A stretch of DNA of 64,000 nucleotides, taken from Octopus vulgaris. Its lineage: Eukaryota. This document shows, one piece after another, positions 53,044-64,000 of this stretch (the first letter of the stretch is position 1; every line of letters begins with the position of its first letter). Under the pieces are notes generated by a model that was not told the DNA's origin, made no database searches, and worked only from the letters and a program-made list of their open reading frames with translations. The translations under genes and the position numbers were made by a program. Where the stretch lies: contig OX597823.1 of assembly GCA_951406725.2 (NCBI GenBank), positions 96,782,001-96,846,000 of the forward strand, read 5' to 3'.

Positions 53044-53391
53044 TATGATACCTTGCTGTATTTAGTTGAGTACCTTTATGTTCTGAGTTCAAATCCCAGT
53101 CAAAGTTGACTTTCAAACACTGAGGTTATTTAAAAGAGGTACCATTTGAACACTGGAATCATTCAAATCAACTCTTACCACCTCTCACATTTGAGGCCTT
53201 GTGTTACACAAATGAGAAGTTTCTTAAGTTACATAGATGGAAAGGCGACTGCCTCTTCTTCTGCTAAATACACAAGGATATTGAATAGATTTCTAAGAAA
53301 TTAATTAGATTTTTTCCCAATGATTTGGAAATAGGTTTAAAATAGAGGACACAAAATTCTGTGTGTGTGGTTATGTGTGTGTGTGTGTGGT

Positions 53392-53432
<41 letters not shown>

Positions 53433-53527
53433 AATAAGCAAATGGAAAACCTTTGTTGCAGCACACTTAATTAGTGCTATGTATGAGCAAACTATAACAT
53501 AAATCAAACAGGATGACAAATTTTTGA

Positions 53528-54267
53528 AGGTCAAGTTCCTTTATCATGGGAATACAAAATACATAAAAAATTCACTGAGATGTTAGATCTCAAGTGCCCC
53601 AAAATTATAATCCAAAGAAAAGCAGCAGTTCAAAATCTTACGGTCTTTTTGAGGACTGTGTTTGTATTAGGCAAGTCTTCCAGCCCAATACAAATAGTCG
53701 CATTTCTCTCATCAGAGGTACAAATAAAATGATTAAAATAGTTTAAAAATTGAGAAAGCTTAAAATATCTCCTCCTACTTACAGAACTTGGAGTCATATT
53801 GAGTAATGTTATATTGTTTTTTAAATGTTATAGAATCTTTAAAAAGGTTTGCAAGGATATAGAGAGGCTTGAAGGATATAGAAGTGGGAAAAGTTGTGAA
53901 TGAAAATGGAATATTTGTAAAATGAAATAAAATGAGGACTTGGGTTAAACCTGGTTAACCATTTAACATTTTTGAAGAAAATATAACATTACCCAATATG
54001 ACTCCAAGTTCTCTAAGTAGGAGGAGATATTTTAAGCTTTCTCAATTTTTAAACTATTTTAATCAATTTATTTGTACCTCTGAAGAGAGAAATGCGACTA
54101 TTTGTATTGGGCTGGGTAACTCGCCTAATACAAATGCATTCCTCAAAAAGACCGTAAGGTTCTGAACTGCTGCTTTTCTTTGGATTGTAATTTTGAAGCA
54201 CTTGAGATCTAACATCTCAATGAATTTTTTATGTATTTTGTATTCCCATGATAAAGGAACATGACCT
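53528..54267. mobile_element. Large palindromic element (family P4), ~300-bp arms, each with a long-stem-II hammerhead-like motif
   Basis: Arms 53528-53830 and 53964-54267. 54076-54160 reads ACCT-CTGAAGA-GAGAAATGC..GCATTCCTC-AAAA-AGACCG-TA-AGGT; the mirror arm has CTGATGA (53715-53709). Confidence 0.8.
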
Positions 54268-54395
54268 ATGAAAATCTGTCAACCAGAGAGAATGAAAAAA
54301 AAGTGTTATATATATATATATATATATATGTGTTATATATATATATATATATATATATACAACAGGCTTCTTTCAGTTTCCATTTGCCAAATCCA

Positions 54396-54437
<42 letters not shown>

Positions 54438-54442
<5 letters not shown>

Positions 54443-54777
54443 ACCTCCCCTCGGTCATGAATGACCATGAGATTGCACCTAGAAAGTTACCCTCAAGGCA
54501 CAAGTCTGAGAAAGGTTGTTTATGGAATACCAGCAATCGCCCATGCATACCAGCCTCCCATCTCTATGCCATCGATGTTATCCAAGGGAAAGGCAAAGGG
54601 GTCGATACAGCTTGGCACCAGTGACATCGTCACTTATTTCTACAGCTGAGTGAACTGGAGCAATGTGAAATAAAGTATCTTGCTCAAGAACACAACATGC
54701 AGCCCAGGTCTGGAATCAAGCTCACAACCTCTCGATTGTAAGCTCAATCCTCTAACCACTGAGCCATGTGCCTTCAC
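54438..54777 (-). mobile_element. tRNA-derived SINE family E
   Basis: Minus-strand head GAAGGCACATGGCTCAGTGGTTAG, TTCTTGAGCAAGATACTT core shared with family D, distinct tail. Confidence 0.8.
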
Positions 54778-55028
54778 ACACACAGATAGGCAGGTTCAGG
54801 CATGGCTGTGTAGTTAAGTTTGCTTCCCAGCTATATGGTTTCAGGTTCAGTCCCACTGTGCAGCAGTGTCTGGTCATGGGTAGATATTACCTAGCTTGGA
54901 AACAGGTGAGATTTGGCGACAGGAAGAGCATCCAGCTTTGAAAACACTGCCTCAACAAATTCCATCTGATCCATGCAAGCATGGCATAATGGACGTTAAA
55001 TGACTCTGATGCTGGTATGCACGCACAC

Positions 55029-55258
55029 GTGGCGAGCTGGCAGAAACGTTAGCACGTCGGGCGAAATGCTAAGCGGTATTTCGTCTGCCATTACGTTCTG
55101 AGTTCAAATTACGCCGAGGTCGACTTTGCCTTTCATCCTTTCGGGGTCGATAAATTAAGTACCAGTTACGCACTGGGGTCGATATAATCAACTTAATACC
55201 TATGTCTGTCCTTGTTTGTCCCCTCAATGTTTAGCCCCTTGTGGGTAATAAAGAAATA
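55029..55258 (+). mobile_element. Young full-length SINE B
   Basis: CpG-rich; TSD GGTATGCAC(G/A)CACAC (55014-55028, 55259-55273). Confidence 0.92.
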
Positions 55259-56071
55259 GGTATGCACACACACACACGTGTGTGTGTGTGTATGTCTGTC
55301 CCAGCCTGACGACAATCTATCGACAAAATACAGTAACAGAATTGCGGGAATGTAGGTATTTATTGATGTGTATGTATATATTTACGTGTGTGTATTAATG
55401 TGCTAATGTGTTTGTCTATTAATGAGTGTATGTGTAGTTACATGTTTGGCTAAAATCGTGTACGTGCATGTCCATATATGTATGGATATATACACTCATA
55501 TACAAGAAAAATACATATATACGTCATTCATACGTAAAATATAAAAAATCAAATTCCATGATCATGCCTGTTCGTATTGTACGTTTATTTCCCGTATCAT
55601 TCTATCCTTCTCCTCACATCCTAATATCACGCCCACTTGTCATTTTTATCCACTGCTGCAGTTATACCTTTTTTTTCTTTCTTAGTAACCTACCTAAATA
55701 CTGAAGTAATTAGTGACTAAGACCTCAAGGATTGTTGCGTAGGATCTCTACCAATGAACACTGTCCAAATACTATTACTATTACTACTATAGTCATTCGG
55801 CTGGTTTACGTTGTACACACCCTCCGGATATAATAATTTAATTGTGTTGTTCAGATTACAATGACTGATGACGAAACAGGAGGTAAAAATGGGATGTGCC
55901 TCTTTCTGTTTATCTATTGTTGTTGTTGTCAATATGAGGTTTAGATAATATTTAACAGGTGGGCAAAGGATGTACGGCTGTGAAGGAGTGTTTCAAATCA
56001 CTCTTCACACACACACACACGCACTTAAATACATACAGACAGACAGACAAATAGGTTGGTATACATTCACG

Positions 56072-56305
56072 AGTGTGTGAAGTGTATATGAATCTATGTA
56101 TGTATGTATGTATGTATATGTGTGTATGTATGTATGTGTGTATGTATGTATGTATGTGTATGTATGTGTGTATGTATGTATGTGTGTGTATGTGTGTGTG
56201 TATGTATGTGTGTGTATGTATGTATGTGTGTATGTATATATGTATGTGTGTATGTATGTATTATGTATGTATGTATGTATGTATGTATGTGTGTGTGTGT
56301 GTGTA
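56072..56305. repeat. (TATG)n/(TG)n compound microsatellite, representative of many such tracts
   Basis: Direct reading; similar tracts at 8980-9182, 28310-28535, 45870-46020, 49290-49570, 50510-50630. Confidence 0.95.
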
Positions 56306-56505
56306 TTCTGCATACATCTCTTTAAAATCTAACCCTCACTTCCTAAGCACACGCATGTCTGTGAACTTAAGAAGTTTGCTTCCCACCCTTGTGGTTTCAA
56401 GTTCAGTCCGACTGCGTGGCACCTTGTGCGTTTGTTTTTCACTTTAGCCCTGGGACAACCAATGCCTTATGGGTGAATTTGGTAGATGGAAACTGAAAGA
56501 TACTC

Positions 56506-56545
<40 letters not shown>

Positions 56546-56874
56546 AATTTGTATTTCCCTCGTCCGCATGTATACTTTGCTTGATGATAATAAACAGTGA
56601 CTTTTTACTAACCTTGTGTTATTTACCTTTAGTGGTCCACATAAGCAAATCTAGGCTCCTTCACATGTTACATTTCTTATTTTCTGAGTTCAAATCTCAA
56701 TTCAGATTGACTTTCCCTTCCAGTGTTGATGAAATAAACCATCTGCCAAATACTGTTATCACCTGCCTAACTTCACTAGCACCACTTGAATGACCGTTTT
56801 GAATATGAGGGATTTATTAGAATCAATCTAATAATCCCATAAAGCAGCCAGATCTGAATGGAATTATAACAGAA

Positions 56875-57245
56875 CTAGCAGTATCGCCCGACGTTGCTCG
56901 GGTTTGTAAGGGAAATAACTATAAAGCATTTTTAGAGAGTTATAGCCAAAAAATGGAAAAAAAATGATGGTAAATTTTTTTTTAGTTAAAAAGTTCGAGT
57001 TGCATCCCCTAGACAGTCTGTGGTTTGTGTTTCTGATTCTTGACCCCATGTTGAATTTATCGATTTTTTTCAGAACTGGGGGAACTTTTCAAAATTTTCG
57101 CTGCGTTAGTTTTGAATTATGACATTGGACTATGTGTGTGTCAAGTTTCATCAGAATCGATTGAAAGCCGTGGTCAGGGTGAGGGTACAACCTAACAGAC
57201 ACACAGAAACACACACAGACAAACTGCCGTTTATATATAGAGAGA
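56875..57245 (-). mobile_element. Non-autonomous Helitron
   Basis: Minus strand A|TCTCTCTATATATAAA...CCCGAGCAACGTCGGG hairpin..CTAG|T; no TSD; inserted in an AT dinucleotide. Confidence 0.88.
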
Positions 57246-57486
57246 TATTGGCAGTTCGCGTCGTCTTCACTTTGTTCTGAACATGGATTGCTCTAATTAT
57301 GTTATAAAAATATTAACACAAACACACACACACACACACACACACAAATGAAGTGAAGCTAACTTTAGAGCAAAGGATATGCTCTCGTTGACAGAGTTTC
57401 AATCCTCGGTTAGGCCTTTTGATACCACCCCACCTGTGATCACCCCTGGTTCCATGATACAAACTTTCTATTTTAAAGGGATCTAT

Positions 57487-57768
57487 ATGGCCTAGTGGTC
57501 AGAGCAGCGGACTTGTGGTCGAGGGATCGTGGGTTCGAATCTCAGACCAGGCAATGTGTGTGTTTATGAGCGAAACACCTAAACTCCATGCGGCTCCGGC
57601 AGAAGGTAATGGCAAACTTCTGCTGACTCTTTCGCCACAACTTTCTCTCACTAGCAGCTCACCTGCGATGGACCAGCGTCCTGTCCAGGTGGGGAACTTA
57701 TATGCCAAGGAAACCAGGAAACCGGCCCTTATGAGCCAGGCATGGCTCGAGAAGGAAGAGAAGAAACA
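57487..57768 (+). mobile_element. tRNA-derived SINE family F nested in a TTAA MITE (57410-57885)
   Basis: A-box TGGCCTAGTGG, B-box GGTTCGAATC. Halves of the MITE family of 27503 and 61826 flank it. Confidence 0.8.
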
Positions 57769-58445
57769 GTTCCACACACCAGCTGAATAATGACAAAGTT
57801 ATTTTATTAAATCCTTCATTATTTTCAAAATTGACCAAGTCAAAAGCAGTGTATTTCTACAGAAATATGGTAACAAAAGCGTTAAAGCTGTTTCATTTCA
57901 TTTATTCCAACAACAGTTCATAGGGAATGTATAAAAGCCAAGTGAAGAGTCTCTGTTCTAATAATAAATGGTTAAAGAAGAAATCTCCGGAAACTATTTA
58001 AACTCTGGAGTCGTATCTGACTGAACAGATATGATGTTTATCATATATTTAGCCATTATATTTAGTATCACACTGGCTAAGTTCCAGAAGCCAGCAGCTC
58101 ACCTCAGCCTACGCTTGACTCAAGATAGCAGCTTAGACAAATGGACATCCATACTTAATATCAAGGAATTTCCGTAGATATTTCAACTCGAAATAATAAT
58201 AATAACAATATTGATTTCAGATTTTCGTACAAAGCCAGCCGTTTGGGGTTTGGGGCTAAGTTGATTAAATTGACCCCAGTGCTCAACTGGTACACATTTT
58301 ATTGACCTCGGAATGATAAAAGGTAGCACCAAACTTGACAAAATTTGAACTCAGAATGTAAAGACAGATAAAATGCTGCAAAGCATTTTGCCTGGTCTGG
58401 TTACAATGTTGCCAGCTTGCCACTTTATAAACTAACAATAGTATT

Positions 58446-58812
58446 AACAAGAGCATTCAGAGAGCACAAGCCTCCACCAAAGCAACACCAACGTCCTCTC
58501 AACGATTAGCCAGAGATTATTTTTAAAATGAGAATATCTGAAATAAACTTGACTGCTCTCACAAACAAGAATACTAAAAATGAACCCAACTGCTCTCAAA
58601 ATTTAAGTAAAAAAAAAAACAGAAAAATAATCCAGAATCTTTGTCCGGTACTGGGGCGTCCCAAAATCTAATCAATTTGTGCCAGTCATGGGGCCAAACA
58701 CCCCTAAAAGTTTCATCTGAATCCATCCAATGGTTCTTGAGATATCTTGTTCCCGGAAAACAAACAAACAAACATAACTGAAAACAATATCTCCGTTGAA
58801 GTGGAGGTAATA
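58446..58812 (+). mobile_element. Helentron-associated (HINE/DINE-1-like) non-autonomous element
   Basis: AACAAGAG start, AAAGTTTCAT...GGTTCTTGAGATAT block, (AAAC)n, terminal stem-loop CTCCGTTGAAGTGGAG then AATAA. Confidence 0.65.
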
Positions 58813-59860
58813 ATGGTTTCAGGACAATGGACTGGCAGAATTGTTAACACACTGGGCAAAATGCTTAGTGGCATTTCATTCTAATTTATGTTCTGAGTTC
58901 AAATTTTGACAAGGTCAACTTTACCTTTCATCTTTCAGGGTTGATAAGTACCAGTTGAACACTGGGATTGATGCAATCAGTTTATCTCAACCTCTAAAAT
59001 TGCTGGCCTTGTTAACGAAGGTTTCAAATTTTGGTACTAAACCAGTGAAGATAGGAGGAAGGGGTTAGTCAATTAAATTAATCCCTTCCCCAGTACTTGA
59101 CTGGTACTTTAATCAATCAGTCCCAAAAGAATGGTAGTCAAAATCAACCCTGGCAGGACTTGAACTGAGAATCTGAAGAGCTGTAAGATATGCCAACCAA
59201 AGACTTGTGAGTGAATCTGATAGGGGCAGAAACAATGTGAAACCTCTGTCCATATGAATGGGGAGTCTTTTGTTTACAATCATCATCATCTTCATCATTG
59301 TTGAATGTTCACATTTTCATGGTTGCCTAGATCAGATAGAATCTGTTGAGGCAGATTTTTTATAACCTGATGCCTTTCCTGTTGCCAACCCTCTCCTATT
59401 CGCAATCAAAGCAATATTTCAATGTTGAAGACAAAAAAGGAAGAACATTGCCTGTATGATGATGATGATACTCATTTATGATCATTACAAGATGACAAGA
59501 TAAGGGCACACACACACATACACACACACACACATATGTGTGTGTACATACATATATGACAGGCCTCTTTCACTTTCTGTTTACCAAATCCACTCATAAG
59601 GCTTTGATTTCCTAGATCTATTTCAGAAGGCACTTGCCCAAAGTGCTATGCAGTGGCACTTGAACCGAAGACCACATAGTTGAGAAGCAAACTTCTTAAC
59701 TACACAGACACACCCACAACTAATCAGCACTCACACATATCAAGACAAAGGGAAATATATTTGATCAAATTATGTATAATCAAATTATATATCCTTGACA
59801 AGTTGTGGTGCACCTGAGCACTGTATACAATAATTTCATTATTATTATTATTATTATTAT

Positions 59861-60377
59861 TGAGTGAGAGAGCAGTGCATGCCATCAAAGTGACACTGGG
59901 GTAAAATATACGAAGCCCAATATACCCATCATGACTACCCGTCTGATAAGGGTACACCAGGCACATGCATCACAACCATATGTGCGCGACATGGTGATCT
60001 CATATCAAGATAAACAGCACATGACCTTGCAGGTGGAGCCCAATTAGAATTTTCTTCAGATCGAGTAACCCATCCCGCTCAAAAGGTCCCTGAATAAGGG
60101 TTGTTTAAGGATGTTGAAAGAACCACCCATGTTTCCAGAGGTGAATTATTCAAACCCCAAAGAATCCCTCTCAACACATGGCTATGATGCTCCCCACTAC
60201 TTCTGCTCGTGATCAGAGATGCACATATCGTCAGCCACTAAGGGACATGCTCAACTGGTTAAGGTCAAACAACTGACAAGCAAATCTGTGGTATTGAGCA
60301 GAATATTTACTGTAGCCCATCTTTTATACCAAGACAAAACAATGTACATGATAACAAGACAAAACAATGTACATGAT
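59861..60377. mobile_element. Unclassified ~515-bp insert within (TTA)n, possibly a TAA-targeting LINE 3' end
   Basis: Higher-GC block with TTA repeats on both sides; terminal tandem duplication AAGACAAAACAATGTACATGAT x2. Confidence 0.5.
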
Positions 60378-60396
60378 TATTATTATCATTATTATG

Positions 60397-60440
<44 letters not shown>

Positions 60441-60611
60441 GGTACTAATTAATACAGCAAAACAAAATTTACTTATTTTTATCCAATAAAATGTCTTTTA
60501 GTATTTAGCTATGATTCCTTATGTTCTAAGTTCAAATCCTGTTGGCATTGACTTTGCCTTCCAACCTTTTGGGAGTAGATAAAATAAATGCAAGCACGCA
60601 TTACTTTAGTT

Positions 60612-60847
60612 CAGTGGTTCTAAACAGGGGTCCATATGACCAATGGGGGTCCGTTTAAGATTTTGTTATTGAAGTACACAGAGTATTTTAAACAATTTTG
60701 TATACAATACCTAACAATATTTCATTATAAAAATGTAAGAAGATTTTTTTTATATACATTGAATGACTCATAGGGTCCATCTGAGTAAAATAAGAATCAA
60801 AGAGGTCCATAGGTAAAAAAAATAACAAAAATGGTTGAGAACCACTG
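60612..60847. mobile_element. hAT-type MITE
   Basis: TIRs CAGTGGTTCTAAAC / GTTGAGAACCACTG; 8-bp TSD CTTTAGTT / CCTTAGTT. Confidence 0.88.
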
Positions 60848-61825
60848 CCTTAGTTGGGAACAGGTGAAGGTTGACGACAGGAAAGGCATCCAGCTATAAA
60901 AAAAAATCTGCCTCAGTGAATTCTGCATGACCTATGCAAGCAAGGAACAGTGGCTGTTAAAATGATGATGATGAGGATGGTGATGTTGGCTGGAATATCT
61001 TTGATCATCTGTCTACAGAATCAGTGCAGACATGGAACTAAATAACCACAATGGTAATGAAATGATATAGAAGACCGGGTAAAGAAATCCAGTCATGCAA
61101 ACATTTATTTCTTTTATAAGATATGAATGCTTTGAAAGGTTTCTATTGTACAACATTTCATTTATTTCTATTTTGATTCTGTTGACCTATATTGCTTTTT
61201 TTCCCTACCTGTTGCAATAATAACAAAACGATATTTATTTCAACTGGGCATTAAGCCAAGCTTTGAAAGAAGAGGGATTTAGATGAATGAATTTGCTGCA
61301 ATGATAGCAATATAGATATAAATCTAGTCTAATGCAGTGTATGCCTGATTAGTAGGGGGTTGTGAGGTTGGTGAAGAGGTTTCACCATATATCGAAATAT
61401 ATCAAGACCCTTTTGGTACCAACCCACCTGTGACTGCCCCTTGTTCTGCAATGCTAACTTTCTGTTTTAAAGTAATGTAAATTAAAGAAATTTCTATAAA
61501 AATTTCATGTTATGGTCCAAAAACCAGCTTTGTATTTATTTCAGCAGCAGAACAAAAGGTTTTATGAAAATGATCATTTATTTTTCATAAAATTGATTTC
61601 TGTTATGGGCTTAATCCTCAAATATAGGGAAAGAACAATCGTCTATATGAAACTCCAATGCTCCTCAGGTATATTATTGTATTGCCCCCAGAGATAAAAA
61701 GGAAAATTGACCTTGGCGGAATTTGAACTCAGAACATAAAAAGCTAGAACAAATATCACAAGGCATTATATCCTCCGCTCTAACGATTCTGCCAATCTAC
61801 TTTAGCCCTAATGAGTCTTTGGTTC

Positions 61826-62050
61826 TTAACCCTTTTGTTACCATATTTCTGTTGAAAGACACTGCCTATGTTTCAATTAATTTTGAACATGAAGAATTTC
61901 ATAAAATAACTTTTATCATTATTATTAAACTGGTGTATGGAACAAATTAACATGAAATTTTGATGGAAGGTTTTAATTCTGATCACTTCAAAACAGAATT
62001 TGTGTCATAAAACCAGGGTTGCCTCAGGTGGGTTGTTACCAAATGGTTTG
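61826..62050. mobile_element. TTAA-type MITE, family of 31305-31525
   Basis: TTAACCCTTTTGTTACC start; body similar to the Tc1-inserted copy; right end decayed. Confidence 0.75.
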
Positions 62051-62438
62051 AGGAATCTTTGTCTTTTTTTTTTTGCTGTTGTTAATTGTGTATTTGGTTC
62101 AAGATGGAGTTTTTGTATCTACAATTTGAAACTTAGTTTTATGGAATTTATTTGGAAATGGAAATGTTTTGTAAACTCTTTAAAAGCCTTGGGTTTATGC
62201 ACCAATGGCAACTTAGTCTGATGGAGCTTATAAGGCACCTTCACAAGGTAGAACTTTCTGAAAGCCGTTAACCTGTATGTAGATATGAAGAACTTTCTTT
62301 TCTCTTAATTACTAAACTACTAACACTCTATGAAGGGAAAAAAATAAAACATTTTATGAATTTCTGCCAGACTGAAATTATTTTCCATCAAAAGAAACAG
62401 TTCCACAAAATGTTTAATCAATAAACCTTAGGTTATGC

Positions 62439-62600
62439 CAGTGGTTCCCTGGGATCCACGGACCCCTGGTAGTCTGCAAACGTAGTACTGGGGGTCCGTG
62501 AACTAAATTCAAAATTTCATGTATATATATAGATAAGGATAAACATATTAAAAGGGGTCCATGTGAAAGCTCATTTGAATAAAAGGGTTGAGAACTACTG
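62439..62600. mobile_element. hAT-type MITE
   Basis: CAGTGGTTC / GAACTACTG ends; perfect TSD GGTTATGC (62431-62438, 62601-62608). Confidence 0.9.
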
Positions 62601-63904
62601 GGTTATGCCATGCTGATGATTTCTAAAAGGAATGAAATAGTGCTTTACATGGTTGGCACTGACTAGAAATTTTAAGAACTTTATGATAAAAAACAGAAAA
62701 TGTGTATTTTTTGTGCATCTTTTTCTTTATCCCTTAACCCTATCACACCATGTTCCTGATTTACCAGGATTAGCATAAATTTAATCTCTACTGGATTCCC
62801 AGCAAAGTGCTAATGGATAACATATGCAAATTAAGAAGATAAAATACTAAAAATAGACAACTGGTCATGATGCAGCTTTGTAGTCATGTGACGTGTTTAT
62901 GATTCGTTGTTAATGGTGTCCCCCCCCCATGGCTGTTGTTTACTTTTGTTTTTAATTTAATAAAAAGAAAACAATTTTGCCACGAAACAACTGTGTAATG
63001 AATTCAGCATTTTGTCTTGTAAATGAGTAAAGCCTAAACTCTTTGCATTTGAGGAAATTATTGATGATATTTACTCTTTAGATGAAGAGTTTACATTTAT
63101 GGTGGCAATGAGAGTGATTCAGACAATCAAACTTTTGAAAGTGAAGAAGAAAATAGCGATTCTAGTGAACAAATATGGTGGTTGAGGAAGAGACCTATTA
63201 TTGTTATTCTCCTGAATTTATTTGTGATTCTGTCTGCTTGTTTGCCTGCAATCATTACTTTTGAGCTGTATATGCTACTATTTATTTATTTTTTTTTGCT
63301 CAGGAGCCCAGTTGGAGAGTAAAGTTAGATTTAGGGTCCCAGGTCTGAGAGTCAGTTTCTAACTTCTTATCCATCTAGATACTGTGAAGAGATGATTACG
63401 TTCCTTGTATTAACTGTTCACTAGAGAAGACCTCATGCTTGATGTTTCAGTGTCTAAATGAAATATCTAAACAAGGATTGTACCCTACATCTTGAACTTT
63501 AATTATTTGGTACTTAATAACACCTCTCCATGGTGTTTTTTCTCAGTGTATGATGCTTAGACATCCACCCCATAAGGGAGGTTGTTGGAGTTGAATATAT
63601 CTTACATGACAAGCAAATTCTGCAGAATAGCTGTATGTGATCTCTTTGTTAATATGGCTACAAGAGCTAAGATACCACACATTCTTGCTTCTTCTTCATA
63701 ATCCAGTATTTTTATACCTCATTAAGAATCCTTTTGTTTTGTTTCTGCTTTTTTTGTTTATTTTTATTAGGTATTTAGTTTTGGGTAATTTTGGTTTTAA
63801 TTTTCACTTTGGATCACTACAACATGAACACCACAACTTCCCAAAACCTTTACTCCCAAAATTCTCAGGCAATATTCTTAGTGTTTCCTTTCCATAATTA
63901 AGCC

Positions 63905-63948
<44 letters not shown>

Positions 63949-64000
63949 TGTGTGTGTGTGTGTTAGACTAAGATGAATTACTTTTATCTAACAGCACATA

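Noticed and set aside
55865-55890. CTGATGACGAAAC as a hammerhead
   Set aside because: No stem II between core and GAAA, and no stem I pairing.
55717-55932. 71-aa minus-strand ORF as a gene
   Set aside because: Non-ATG start in a (CAA)n run and no recognisable homology.
57487-57550. tRNA gene (also 22568, 41296, 54777)
   Set aside because: A/B boxes run into SINE bodies; no complete cloverleaf.
1052-60452. Most ORFs in the track (poly-CV, HT, YI, I, SL)
   Set aside because: They are translations of microsatellites or SINE bodies.
62734-63570. piggyBac transposase relic
   Set aside because: TTAACCC end and an acidic stretch are suggestive, but the faint core motifs are on the opposite strand and too decayed to call.

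Overview
AT-rich, repeat-dominated eukaryotic DNA. The SINE repertoire and microsatellite density are most consistent with an octopod cephalopod (Octopus), which is an inference. There are no prokaryotic features and no CRISPR array, and almost all ORFs in the track are microsatellite or SINE artefacts. Mobile DNA includes: several tRNA-headed SINE families; RTE-clade LINE relics and their (GAT)n-tailed 3' ends; two R4/Dong-type LINE 3' ends in (TAA)n; a complete but dead Tc1 (DD34E) element interrupted by a TTAA MITE; DD41D, Merlin and hAT transposase relics; hAT MITEs with 8-bp TSDs; a non-autonomous Helitron and a Helentron-type element. One credible host exon is present, a minus-strand terminal coding exon at 13493-13682 of unknown identity. 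The most interesting signal is a set of at least five unrelated short, mostly palindromic elements carrying minimal type I hammerhead-ribozyme folds of the Penelope-like-element kind. Across them the tertiary 3-8 pair appears as C-G, G-C and U-A. A young SINE subfamily also shows TSDs that repeatedly start with GGTAT.
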